Part shown: piece by piece, positions 21,924 through 33,258 of the stretch
Numbering within the stretch: the stretch's first letter is position 1
Layout: each line of letters starts with the position of its first letter
NCBI RefSeq assembly: GCF_000142905.1
Contig: NW_013657623.1
Coordinates: 70,494-134,493 of the forward strand
Reading direction: 5' to 3'
DNA: 64,000 nt
Source of the DNA: Thecamonas trahens ATCC 50062
Taxonomy: Eukaryota > Protista > Apusomonadida
Notes under the pieces: model-generated
The model's database searches: none
The model's input: only the letters and a program-made list of their open reading frames with translations
What the model was told of the DNA's origin: nothing
Position numbers and translations under genes: made by a program

Positions 21924-22429
21924 GTACGTCGACTTGGGTAGTGTGGCCTATGCGAGGGGCACTAGTGTGAGCATGCGTTCTCCCCAGATACCCATACTCT
22001 GCACACTGCTAGTATATACCTAGGCATACCCCGTAGCTGCTTTCCCATTCTCGCCACTCGCCCCATGCGTACATACCAGCCTCTTGTTGTTGCCCTGCCG
22101 GCCGCCGGCTTGGTGATGAATTTGTGACCACTGCCGGACGACCACACACCGTCACCGCACCCGCATATACGATAGCGGGCGATTAGGGACTACCCACACG
22201 GACAGAAGCAAAAACATACCATGGTTACACTCCATGCCAAGTTTCGGCTCTGTTGGTGAGAGTATGCGGTTGGCCGAGCAGGTAGAATGGGCCTGTGCCC
22301 TCCGGGTGGCGGATGCCAATCTTTGTTTGTGTTTGAGTGGAAGGGCTCGGGCATGGGTATGGGCATAGGCATGGGCATGGGCATGGGCATGGGTGTTGAG
22401 GCAGACATGGGACTGACACAAGAGGACAG
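21924..22429 (+). other. Probable 5'-UTR intron of RPL21
   Basis: GTACGT donor (as in the MCM3 and ENKD1 introns) after a pyrimidine-rich leader; CTGAC branch point at 22413; CAG acceptor 9 nt before the ATG. Confidence 0.55.
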
Positions 22430-22438
22430 TAATCAAAG

Positions 22439-22921
22439 ATGCCGCACCACCGTGGTTACCGCATGGGCACCCGCCACATGTTCTCGCGTGGCTTCCGCAA
22501 GCACGGCAACATCGGCCTCAAGACGTACCTTCAGCAGTACAAGATCGGCGACTTCGTCGACATCAAGGTCAACGCTGCCCAGCACAAGGGTATGGCGCAC
22601 AAGTTCTACCATGGCCGCACTGGCCGCGTCTTCAACGTCGACAAGCGTGGCGTCGGTGTCATCGTCAACAAGCTCGTCCGCAACCGCATCCTCCGCAAGA
22701 AGATCTCGGTCCGCATTGAGCACATCAAGCCGTCCAAGTGCCGTGACGAGTTTGTCAACCGCGTCAAGGAGAACGCCCGCATCACCTCGGCGGCCAAGGC
22801 CCGTGGCGAGAAGGCCCACCCCAAGCGCCAGCCCGCCGGCCCGCGCGAGGGCTTCACCGTCAAGACCGACATTGCCGAGGTCGAGGACATCGCTCCGCTC
22901 GCCTACGAGAACCTGTTCTAA
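22439..22921 (+). CDS. RPL21: 60S ribosomal protein eL21
   Basis: GYRMGTRHMFSRGFRKHG...YKIGDFVDIK...HKFYHGRTGRVFNV...RIEHIKPSKCR. Confidence 0.98.
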   Translation: MPHHRGYRMGTRHMFSRGFRKHGNIGLKTYLQQYKIGDFVDIKVNAAQHKGMAHKFYHGRTGRVFNVDKRGVGVIVNKLVRNRILRKKISVRIEHIKPSKCRDEFVNRVKENARITSAAKARGEKAHPKRQPAGPREGFTVKTDIAEVEDIAPLAYENLF

Positions 22922-23014
22922 GCCATAAACGTAGGAAACAAAAACCACCTTGATCTTCAAATCCCTCTTCCCTCTTCCCTCTGTCCTCGGTCCGTTCCTG
23001 GTCACCATCGTCGT

Positions 23015-24319
23015 TTACACCGTCGCCATCATGTCCGCCACGTGGACTGCTAGCGACGCCTCGCGCGAGTGCAGTGTCTGCGCCTGCCGCAGGACCCGTA
23101 GCGACTGCGCGAGGGCGGCAAGCTCGCTGGTTGTTGCACCCGCGAGTTTCTCAAGCGAGGTCGCGACGCTGCGGGCGATAGGCGCAGCGGGAGCGAGGCC
23201 GCGGACGACAACATCGAGTTCGTGCCGGGCGTCTCCGAGCGCGCGGCTGAGCGACGCCTCGTCGACTGCCACCTGTTCGAGCGGCATGTGCGCGGTGGTG
23301 TGTGCGATGGCGGTGCCGATCTCACTATATGCAGCCTCAAGGGCGGGGAGCTTTCGGCTGACCGCGAGGGCTGGGCCGCGGGCAGCGGCGACGACGTTCT
23401 GGACCCGGTCGAGGGCGGCGAGCTGGCTGAGGGCGGCGCGGCGGGCGGCGGCGAGCTCGCGTGCCCGGTCGAGGGCTGCCTGCAGCGCGACAACAGTCTC
23501 GAACGCCTCGACTTGCTGCACGCGCCGCGCGGCCTCCAGCTTGGCAAGGACAAAGTGCCAATGGAGCTCGGTCGAGGCGAGGAGGTCGAGCTCGCGCTTG
23601 GCGGTGGCACCGACTCGCGATGCGCGGTTGCGAGCAGCCTCGTTGCGGATCGATGACTGTGGTGTGGGACGAGCGCGGGCAGCGTCCTGGCGTGCAGCCG
23701 ACTTGGGCGCAGCCCGCCGCTTGCCGGTCGATGCAAAGTTGAGGACCCGCTTGGTGGCGGCCATCGACGGCGTGGCCGGCGCGGCCGGCGCAGGCGCAGC
23801 GGGAGCCGCCGCAGCCGACCGTTTTGTCGAGTTGCGGAACCGCGACGCCACGGGCTTGGCTTTGCGGCTGGTGCTCCGTGCAGCGCGGAAGGCTGCAAGC
23901 GCCGCCGCCCGGTCTGCCGGCGTCTCGGCCGCAGCAGGGCGGCGCATGACCCGCAAGCCTGATGGAGTATGTCTTGTCGGCGAGGAGGCCACAGGCAGTG
24001 CCGCCGGCGCTGGCCTACTTACCGGCTTGGTTGCCTGCTTACGACGGCTCTTCTTGACCGACGACCGTGGCTGGCCGGCGCGCGGGCTGGCCTTTCGCGC
24101 CGCTTGCTTGCGCGAGGCTGAGCGGAATCTCGAGGCGACGGCCTTGCGCTTGCGGCGCTTCTTGCCGGTCGACGGTGGCGGGGCAGCGGCAGCGGCGGCA
24201 AACGAGACCTCCATCGATGCGTCGTACGATCGATCGAGGTCTGGAATGGACGAGATCGACGAGTCACACGAGTCGGCCGCTCGAGCTGGTGTGTTGAACG
24301 ATAGAAACGATGAGGCCAT
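23015..24319 (-). CDS. Augmin subunit 8 (HAUS8/QWRF)-like protein; start may lie further upstream (about 24390)
   Basis: Basic low-complexity N-terminus, then LLASTELHWHFVLAKLEAARRVQ (cf. L..LQWRF.NARA) and AYSEIGTAIAHTTAHMPL (cf. AL.AST.RLP). Confidence 0.6.
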   Translation of the reverse strand: MASSFLSFNTPARAADSCDSSISSIPDLDRSYDASMEVSFAAAAAAPPPSTGKKRRKRKAVASRFRSASRKQAARKASPRAGQPRSSVKKSRRKQATKPVSRPAPAALPVASSPTRHTPSGLRVMRRPAAAETPADRAAALAAFRAARSTSRKAKPVASRFRNSTKRSAAAAPAAPAPAAPATPSMAATKRVLNFASTGKRRAAPKSAARQDAARARPTPQSSIRNEAARNRASRVGATAKRELDLLASTELHWHFVLAKLEAARRVQQVEAFETVVALQAALDRARELAAARRAALSQLAALDRVQNVVAAARGPALAVSRKLPALEAAYSEIGTAIAHTTAHMPLEQVAVDEASLSRALGDARHELDVVVRGLAPAAPIARSVATSLEKLAGATTSELAALAQSLRVLRQAQTLHSREASLAVHVADMMATV

Positions 24320-27001
24320 CGGGGTCTTGTTCACCACCCGTCGCGGTGTCGGCGGCAGCGCATCCAAGTCGACCACCGGCGCGGCACCATAGCGGGCCAC
24401 AGCCGGATTAGATGGCAGGCGTGGCTGGAACGAAGCAAAGGCAGAGCTATGAAATCCGAGGTGAGCACGATACGTATGTGTGTATGCGTGGAGAGCGACC
24501 GAGCGAGAGCGAGATGGACGCCAGTGTCGGGAGATCGTGCGCGTTGATGGTTGTCGGTGTCGGTGTCGGTGTTGGTGTCGGTGTCCATGTCGGTGTCGGT
24601 GTCCATGTCGGTGTCCGCCCAGCCCCATTGCCATCCCAGCCAACACATCATCCACCACATCATCATCATCATCATCACAATGAGTCCCCCCCCCCCCTCC
24701 CCCCCTTCCGCGCTTTCTCATACGGCATCCCACGTACAGATCGGTTGCCGGCGAAGCAGTGGCAAACGTCCCACCCACAGCTTTTCCTCCTCCACACACA
24801 TCTGCTTCCGGAGATGACCGTAGCGGCTTGACCACCCCTGCCTGCGCTCCCTGGACCAGAGGCCGACTTGTCGTCAAGCAGACCACCGACCCGCGCCGCC
24901 CGTACCTGTCCAACCCCATGACCATATGAATAGTGAGTGAGTAGGGGGGGGGGGGAAAGGGGGGGGAGGGGGGGGGGAGGGCAGGGCACGTACAGTGAGC
25001 TCATCCAGTGCAGTGTGTTGCTGCCTGCACGGCTCGGCCTCTCCTTGGCTCGTCGGCTCGTCGGCTCGTCGTCCGGTGGTGGTCAGTCAGCTAGCTAGTT
25101 GGGCTGGTTGAGCGGTTGGCGGGCGGGCTGGCTGAGCGGTTGGTTGGTGGTGGCGGAGCTGATGCTGATGCTGCTACTGCTACTGCTACACTGCGATCAG
25201 TCCTCTCCGGTCACGGGCAAATGACTTTCAAGCCGTAGATCCTCCTTGCCTTGCCGATCACCTAACACTTGACCGTGCTGATCACCTCGCTGTCGTGATG
25301 ATCATGGTCCATGTCGTACCTACCTACGGCCATCATTCCCTCATTCACCCTTTCCCTCCTCATTCCAACCATGGCCATCGTGCTCTGTCTAGCCATCCCT
25401 ATGCACTCTATACACTCCCCCCCCCTCCCCCCTCCTTCTCCCAAACCCGATCGCATGGCAAAGTCCGATCGGATCGACCCGATTGCAGCCCTCTCACCCT
25501 AGCCAACCACACAGCTGTGTACAGTGCTCGACGTATCCACCTCTCTCACCTTCCCCTTCCTTTCCCCCCCTTTTTTTTGATATTGGTACGATAACAATCA
25601 CACAGCCTCAAAATTGCACAGCCACCCATGGTTGCAACAAGGACGTAATGATGAACGAATCATAGACCTGTTCCTATGCGGGAGTACCCCCATGCGGACT
25701 AACATGCTTCTGGCACCTGTACTGAACCTTCTTGTTGTATCCATTTTGGCCCTTTACCCCCCACATCATCTCTATCCCCCTCCCCCTTCTTCTTCTCCCC
25801 CGTCTTCTTCTCCCCCGTCATACAATTGTGTTAATCCCACAAAAAATACTCACACCCTTTTCCCACACTCCCCCCTCGTACACAGCCATGGCCTGACCCC
25901 CACCCCCTTCCAACCCCTCCGACCCCTCCGACCCCCTCCTGACACTCTCTACACCCTCTCTCTCTCGCCGGTGTCTCTACATACCGTATCCCCTCTCCGC
26001 CCCCCTCCTCCCCTCAAATCACCGACTCTTTCGACTCGGTCCGTCGTCTTGGTACGCTCTCACGTGCCCAAGACCCCCCCCCCTCCCCCTCTCTCCTCCT
26101 CCCCTCCCCCCATCACCCCCCGCATCACCCCTTGCCCATGACGACGAACTTGTTCTGGAACCTCTCCATGTCAGTCAACTAGAAATTCGAATCCCGAGGC
26201 ACAATCTCATTCTCTCTCTCTTGCTTCCCTGCCCCCCATCCCTCCCTCCCCTTCCCCTCTCTCCCACCCACTTACCCCTCTCTCAGCCGATCTCCCTCTC
26301 CCTCCCTCTCTCCTCCTCCGATCGTTATCCCGATGTGATCCCGATGTCCACAGGTATGTCCACCCTCTTCCTATCTCTTTCCGCTGCCATTTCTACGTTC
26401 GCTGCGTTGATGATCATCCGAGGCATTTGTCTGAACCGGACGACTGGCGGAGAAGGTGATCCAGGAGCGGGCAGATCTCCCTTTGGGAGTTCTGCTTGTG
26501 GTACTCATGTTTTATGAGCCCGTGCTTCTGGTTCGCCTTCTCTTGCCTCGTCCACCTATGCTGACAAATAGATGACGAATCTGAGCTCGATCACCCCCCT
26601 CCCTCGCTCTCTCTTCCCCCCCTCCCCCCCCTTCCCTCTACATCCCCAATCCATCATCCAACTCACTCTCTCACTGATCATCACAGATCCCCTCTTCGTA
26701 TTCCCTTCACTTCCTCCCCAACTCCCTCACCCCCTTCAACGCGTACGTCCATCACTCTCTTCCTCTCCCGCCCCCCTGGCCGCACATCAAGACGATGATG
26801 ATAACTCTGTTCCTCGAACATACCCTAACGCCGTCCACGTCAATGCTGTGGCGACATGAGGACATTTTCTCACTATCCATAGAATCGGAGTTCTTGATTT
26901 CCCCTCCTCCTTGCCTCGCTTCCTCTTCTTCATCTACTCACCTACTTCTGCCTTTGCTCGTTTACAGCAGCCGTATTCATTAACACCCATCATTGTCATT
27001 G

Positions 27002-30000
27002 TCACACCGCTTGCGTGATTGCAGAGTCGACAAACACGTCATCCACCTCGGAGTAGTCGGAGCTGAGCGGGCAGAGCTCCGAGTGGATTGGCGGCACGAG
27101 GAGGACGTCGAGGTCGATGAGCGACGACAGCGAGGCCTCGGACGAGGCTGGGATCTCGGCGTCAAACTCAAGCATGTTGATCAGTGACTGCGCCCGGACC
27201 CAGAACTCATTCAGCCGCCAGATCCCGTCCTCGGCCGCTGCGGCCTCGGCAAGTGACGCCTCGCGCGAGATAAGTTTGCGGTCGGCTGCCGCCTGGATCG
27301 ACGACAGCAGAGAAGCGAGGACATCTGACACCGCACTTGCGTACGATGCTAGCATCGCCGTCAGTGCAGACGCACAGTGCTGCTCCGCAGCCAAAACAAG
27401 CTCCCGGAGCGCTCCATCCATCTGCCGGCAAAAGTACGCTTGCAGCGCATCCTTGGACACGCACCACCGGCTCTTCGACTTGACCTTGACCGCCTTTTTG
27501 AGCGACCAGGAGAAGCCGAGCGATCGCGACGTCCGCTCCTCCAGCAGCTCGCTCCGCTGGCAAAAGTGACCCGCCTCGCTGTTGTTGTCGTCGTCGTTAC
27601 TGCTTCCGCCGCCTCTCCCCGATGACAGCAGCTCGAGCGAGGTCTGCAGCGCGTCTGGCTCCAGCCCGAGCTCCGGAAAGGCCACCGACACGTCGAGCAG
27701 CTCCGAGACCATGATCCGATACTGTGCAAGTAGTGGTGCAAGATGCTTCTCCACAAGCGCCTTCAGCTGGACAGAGACTGGCTTTGTCACCGCCACCAGC
27801 TCGGCCACCATGTCGTTGCGCGCAGACTGGAGCGCGAGCTCAAACAGAACCGCCACCTCGTCCAGCCAGTCGAGCGCCGCATCCTTGGTCTCAAACACAA
27901 ACTGGCCCGACGACAGCACACACTGCGTCACCGAGCCCTCATTCTCGCTCTCGCTCTCGCTGCTGCCGCCGAGCACCTCGTCGTTCGTCTCAAAGTCAAA
28001 CACGTGCTCCATCATCACCACCAGCGACGTCGGCGCCTGCGGCAGCTGCCGCACCCATTCGCTTCGCACAGAGCACCACATGGCAAACAGCCGCTGCCCG
28101 CCAGGCGTAAACACATTGTCGAGCTGCGTGAGAAAGACGCCGAGGCTCTTGTCCAGCTGCGAAACCACGATCTGCCCGCCGGCCTCCAGGACCTTGCCTA
28201 GCGCTTCGTTGATCTGCTCGTGGTTGACCTCGGAGACGACCAGGAACGTCTGCAGCGACGCCAGTGACGTCGAGCACACCGCCAGCTCATCCACCAGGCG
28301 CGCCCGGAGCGGGAGCGCCACATGTTGCACCAGCTTGGCCAGAGACGCCCGAAGCGCAATGGTCGTCGCGTTCGCGTAGCAGTACTGGAGCATCGACTCG
28401 AGTGGCGCCTCGAGCCGCGACGCCGCGTACACTGCCCGCGTTCCCATCCGGAACGCTTCCACCTCGCCGCGCTCCACCATCCGCGGGTAATTGTGCGGCG
28501 CGTCCCATGTCTCGCCATACGCAATTCGCGCAAACGCCTCCACCCACGGCTCGTCCGCCGCTGCAGGCACCTGCCACGGGTGGCTCCGCGCGTAGTTCCG
28601 CGCGTGGTTCGCAAGCTGGGCGTACTTGGCCGAGACCGGAAAGACCCGCGATGGAGGCACGCTGCACGACGCCAGCGCCGCAGTCACCGACTGCGCCACA
28701 TACTGCCGCACCCCAGCCTCGTCTAGATCTTGTCCGGACGCCTCGTTCCGCTGGTCAAACTTGTTGACAAACACAAAGGCGTCCTGCTTGAGCACAGACA
28801 GCACCGAAGACACCTTGTCCTGCAACTCAGCCTCGGCTGTCCCGTTGAGGCTCGCAAAGTCGAGCACCAGCGCAACCACAGACGCCTGCTGCAAAATGCC
28901 CTCCACAAACGCAGACAGTACAGGCATGTCCATCTCGTTTGGCCCGGGCGAGTCGATGAACGAGAGCGTGCCTGAGAGTGCCAGCAGTGCCCGCACGTCG
29001 GCCTCGGCCTCTCTGCTGCTCTCGACCTCGACCTGGTCTTCGGTCTCTGTCTCGATCTTGACCTCGACCTCAGCGTGGCAAGGCACGTCGGCTTCCTCCC
29101 CTTCATCCTCGTCGTCCGAGTCCGAGAGCGATATTCCGATCGAGGAGCACGACGAGTCGCCGCGCTCACGGAATGCCCCGACATCGCCCTCGTCAACGCC
29201 ACCAAACTCGCCGCTGCCCTCGCTCTCACCCACCACCAGCGAGGCAAAGCAAACCAGAATTTGCGGGAGGTCAACAAGCGCGAGCGGGCGCGGGCCCGGC
29301 GACGACGACAAGTCGCTCTGCGGCGGCGGCGCCTCACTGGCGGCGCCCGATGTGATCTTGACCACCTGGTCGAGAATGCCGGCCCGGGCGCCAGCACGAA
29401 AAATGTCGTTGACCTTGACAAGCGTCGCGTTGATGGCAGCCTCGCCGGCCACGGTGTACTCGCCGGCGTAGCTGTCAAACCAACCGAGCGCGGCACCCGG
29501 CGTGCCTGCTGGCGCCGTCAACTCGGTCACCAGCGACGACGACGCGCCCATGTCGAGGTCCTCAAACGCGGCGGCGCCCGGTGCGAAGAGCGCCGCCCTC
29601 AGTTGGATCACCAGCATTCGCAGCGTCTCAACACACGATGCCGGCAGCCGGAGGGTAGGCTCATGCTTGGTCGGGTCGTGTGTGATAAGGGTAGGGAGGA
29701 CAGTCATGGCTGTTGCTCGCGACGGCACCACGTCGGCGCCGACCAGGCCCGAGATGGTCGACGACTTGCCGGCATTCATCACGCCCACCACTCCGACGTA
29801 AGTGTTCGACGAGACAACGTCGACCGCCAGCTCGTGGAGGACCGCCGGGAGCTGCGCTGCCAGCGTGTCGAGCAGCGGCAGATGCACCATGTCGCGAAGG
29901 AGCGACTCAAGGAGAGCGCAGAGAGTGACAAGCTCCTTCTGGAAGGTGACCGTCTCGAGCACCGCCCGCGCCGCGCCTGCGGCGTCGTCGTCGCGCGCCG

Positions 30001-32115
30001 CCGCCGAGGCTGCAAAATACTGTGAGAGCGCGGCGTACTTGGCGGTGATCCGAGACACCAGATCCACTAGGCCGGCGTCGGGGATCCGCGGCGAGCCCGG
30101 GTTACGCCCGCCGTGGTGCGATGCGGCCCGCGGGCGGACCGGGGTCACAGCCGGCGCAGGCCTTTCGATCAGATCCATAAAGGCCTGCAACGCAGTCCGC
30201 CCGTCCGACAGCTGCATCGTCTCAAGCAAGGCCTGCGTCGAGTCGTGGAGGACATAGCACGGAGTGTATACAGCGCCAAACGCGGTTTCGGGATCCGACA
30301 GCACCTTGGGCTTGAGAAGAAAGAGATGCAGCCGTCGCGCGCTTGGCAGTAGCGACAGCGCCGCAGCTTGGCCACCAAGCACAGGCACTTTGCGGGTGAG
30401 CAGCTCGATGACCATGCATGCCAGCTCGGCAGTCATGAGCGGGACAGTGTCGTCAAAGAGAACCGCAAACCGGGAGAGGCGAAGCGGGTGACAAGCTGCG
30501 CAAGCAGGGCGCTGTTGGCGGGCTCGAGCCCGAGGCGCAACAACCACGCAAGTGCTGCAGACGCCTGTGCCGTGTTGACTTCGTACACTAGCGCGTCCGA
30601 GAATGTCGCCGACGACGCTGTCCTCAGCAGCGCCAGAAAGACGCATGGAGGAACGCTGTCCTCGAGCAGCGCCAGCGACGCCAGCCCGCTGATCGGCTCG
30701 GCCGAGAAGGCTCCTAGGTGGACTGCAGGCAGCGTGACTTGCAGCGAGTTGGCCGGTGAGACTCGTTGCGCCCGCACTGTGCACCACTTTGCCCAGACTC
30801 TGGCCACCGTTGCCTGCTCGGCCTCACTTCCGGCGACCACAATTGTGACGCCGTCGAGATCCGACACCATCAGCGGGGCGTTGTCGGTGCTTCGCAGCAC
30901 AAGCGGAGCAAGCTCGTTTGACTTGCTTGCCACTCGCCAGAGTGAAAAGTGCAGCGCCGAGGTGTGCAGGGCGTGCTCGGCGAGGATGGCCGGGATGGCC
31001 GAGGCAACTGTCGCTGCAGAGAGCACAAACATTACGGTCCACAGTGGACTCGCAGGTGTTGTGCTATCGCGATCAACAGGCACCGACTCTAGCAGCGCCC
31101 ATGGCGAATCGGTAGCCGAGCGCTCTGCCTTGCCAAATGCAACAAAGGTGATCGTTACAGGGAGTGCTGCTTGCGCCGGTAGGCGGCGCGGAGGTGACGG
31201 CTCGGGATTGGCGGTCGCGATGGACGGGCTCGCGCTCGGCTCCAGCGACCGTGACCGCTGGATGGCCGACCGGGCTGAGAGCAGGGCGCGCTTGCTCTGC
31301 TTCGATGGCAGCGCTACTGCTCGTTGGCGCATGCGCCGCCGCGAGAGCATGGGGTCAAGCGGAGCCCGCACAATTCGCGGGCCGCCGCCGTACTTGGCCA
31401 CCACGTAGTCCCAAGCCTCAAACGAGACTACACGCGCGTGCGGTACCGACGCCGCCACATGCGAAAGAAGCGGTGCAGTGCTGACCGGCGGTGGCGGCGG
31501 CCCGCAGCGACCGACATGGGCCATCCACTGCTGGAACCAGTCGGCGGGGAGAAGGCAACCGTGGCCGGTCGGAGTCAGAGCCCGGCGTGCGACGTCGATT
31601 TCGACATCATCGACTTCTTGCCCATCTCGATCACCTTGGAACTCGCCATCCAAGCCCCTCTTATCCCCAGCTTCCATCATTCTCGCTGCGGCAACGGCCC
31701 TGATCTCGGCGCTGGACGTTGATGCGTTCAGAATGTCTCTCTCCACCTCTACACCCGACGCCGTTGTGATTCTCCTTGCTCCGATCCGTCTGCGCGAAGA
31801 CGCTGATGGCGACGACGATGGCGACGAGACAAACGATGCAGCCCCAGCCCGAGCCCCAGCCCCCGTCCCAGCCCCAGCCCCCGTCCCAGCCCCAGCAGCG
31901 GCCGTAGATAGCGGAATCGACGTCACATTCGATGACGAGGACGACGATGAGCCGTGTAGCAAGCCATGGGTATTCCCTTGTCTTCTTCCGTCTTGATCAT
32001 TCCTGCTTCCCTCAGCTGAGGGTGATCCAGCACTCTCAGCACCATTTGATGATGGGCTGGTAGAGATGGTTGACAAGGTGGTAACTCGTCGTAGTCTCCG
32101 GTTGAACAGAGCCAT
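27002..32115 (-). CDS. DUSP domain + CrfC/YjdA-type (bacterial dynamin-like) GTPase + helical stalk; one-base frameshift near 30488
   Basis: DUSP: LLPADWFQQW..PPPVSTAPL..VSFEAWDYVVAKYGGGPRIVR. GTPase: G1 VGVMNAGKSS, VPSRATAMTVLPTLI, G3 FIDSPGPNE, G4 FVNKFDQ, VFPVSA. ORFs 30433-32115 and 27002-30787 join by adding one base. Confidence 0.82.
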
Positions 32116-32467
32116 GTCGGGTTAGCACGGCCAGACGGACCCTTTCCGCCCCCTCCCCTTCACAGTCAAAGCAGTCAGTCCTGGTCAGCACAGCCCTTCC
32201 CACCAGAGGAAGTCACGTGACCTGAGACAGAAATGTATGAGGCTTCCCTTGGTGGGGAGGGGAGGTGTGTGGTGGGTGTGTGTGGCCTGTGTTGGGTGGG
32301 GGGAGGCGTGTGTGACGGCAGAGGCTCTCCCGCCGTCTCGTGGCCAATGTCCTTTTTGCACATTGTCATGGGAATTGTGTACTTGGCGTGCGGGGGGGGG
32401 ATGGGGGGATGACGCGGGGCTTGGTTGCTCTGTGCTTAGCATCTGATCTCTCGTTGGTCGCATAACT

Positions 32468-33145
32468 CGATCCCTCTTTGCCCCTGACCCATCACCAGAC
32501 CCGATCCCCTCTCTGCCCCTGACTCATCACCAGACCCGATCCCCTCTCTGCACCTGACTCATCACCAGACCCGATCCCCTCTCTGCCCCTGACTCATCAC
32601 CAGACCCGATCCCCTCTCTGCCCCTGACTCATCACCAGACCCGATCCCCTCTCTGCCCCTGACCCATCACCAGACCCGATCCCCTCTCTGCCCCTGACTC
32701 ATCACCAGACCCGATCCCCTCTCTGCCCCTGACCCATCACCAGACCCGATCCCCTCTCTGCCCCTGACCCATCACCAGACCCGATCCCCTCTCTGCCCCT
32801 GACCCATCACCAGCCCGATCCCCTCTCTGCCCCTGACTCATCACCAGACCCGATCCCCTCTCTGCCCCTGACCCATCACCAGACCCGATCCCCCCTCTGC
32901 CCCTGACCCATCACCAGACCCGATCCCCCCTCTGCCCCTGACCCATCACCAGCCCGATCCCCTCTCTGCCCCTGACTCATCACCAGACCCGATCCCCTCT
33001 CTGCCCCTGACCCATCACCAGACCCGATCCCCTCTCTGCCCCTGACCCATCACCAGACCCGATCCCCTCTCTGCCCCTGACCCATCACCAGACCCGATCC
33101 CCCCTCTGCCCCTGACCCATCACCAGCCCGATCCCCTTCTGCCCG
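32468..33145 (+). repeat. 35-bp minisatellite (GATCCCCTCTCTGCCCCTGAC[C/T]CATCACCAGACCC), 19 copies
   Basis: Head-to-tail units with no spacers; point variants (TGACCCA/TGACTCA, single-base deletions). Confidence 0.97.
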
Positions 33146-33258
33146 ACCAGTCCTGCTCGTGCCCTGCGCCCGGCCTGATCCCTCCTCTCCCCCACGCCTC
33201 GCCGCCCTCACCCACCTCACGCCACCTCACGCCCTCCCACACCCTTGACTCCACCGCT

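Noticed and set aside
22950-24392. Long antisense or alternative-frame ORFs (also 11267-12550, 40449-41621, 51613-52962, 54356-55696)
   Set aside because: Shadow ORFs expected at high GC, opposite better-supported genes and lacking motifs.
27002-30787. Bacterial contamination as the source of the CrfC-like gene
   Set aside because: It is contiguous with eukaryotic genes on this scaffold (PEX12, spliced MCM3), has host-like composition, an apparent eukaryotic DUSP fusion and a kinase-fused paralog.
32468-33145. CRISPR array
   Set aside because: Units are head-to-tail with no unique spacers, there are no cas genes, and the context is eukaryotic.
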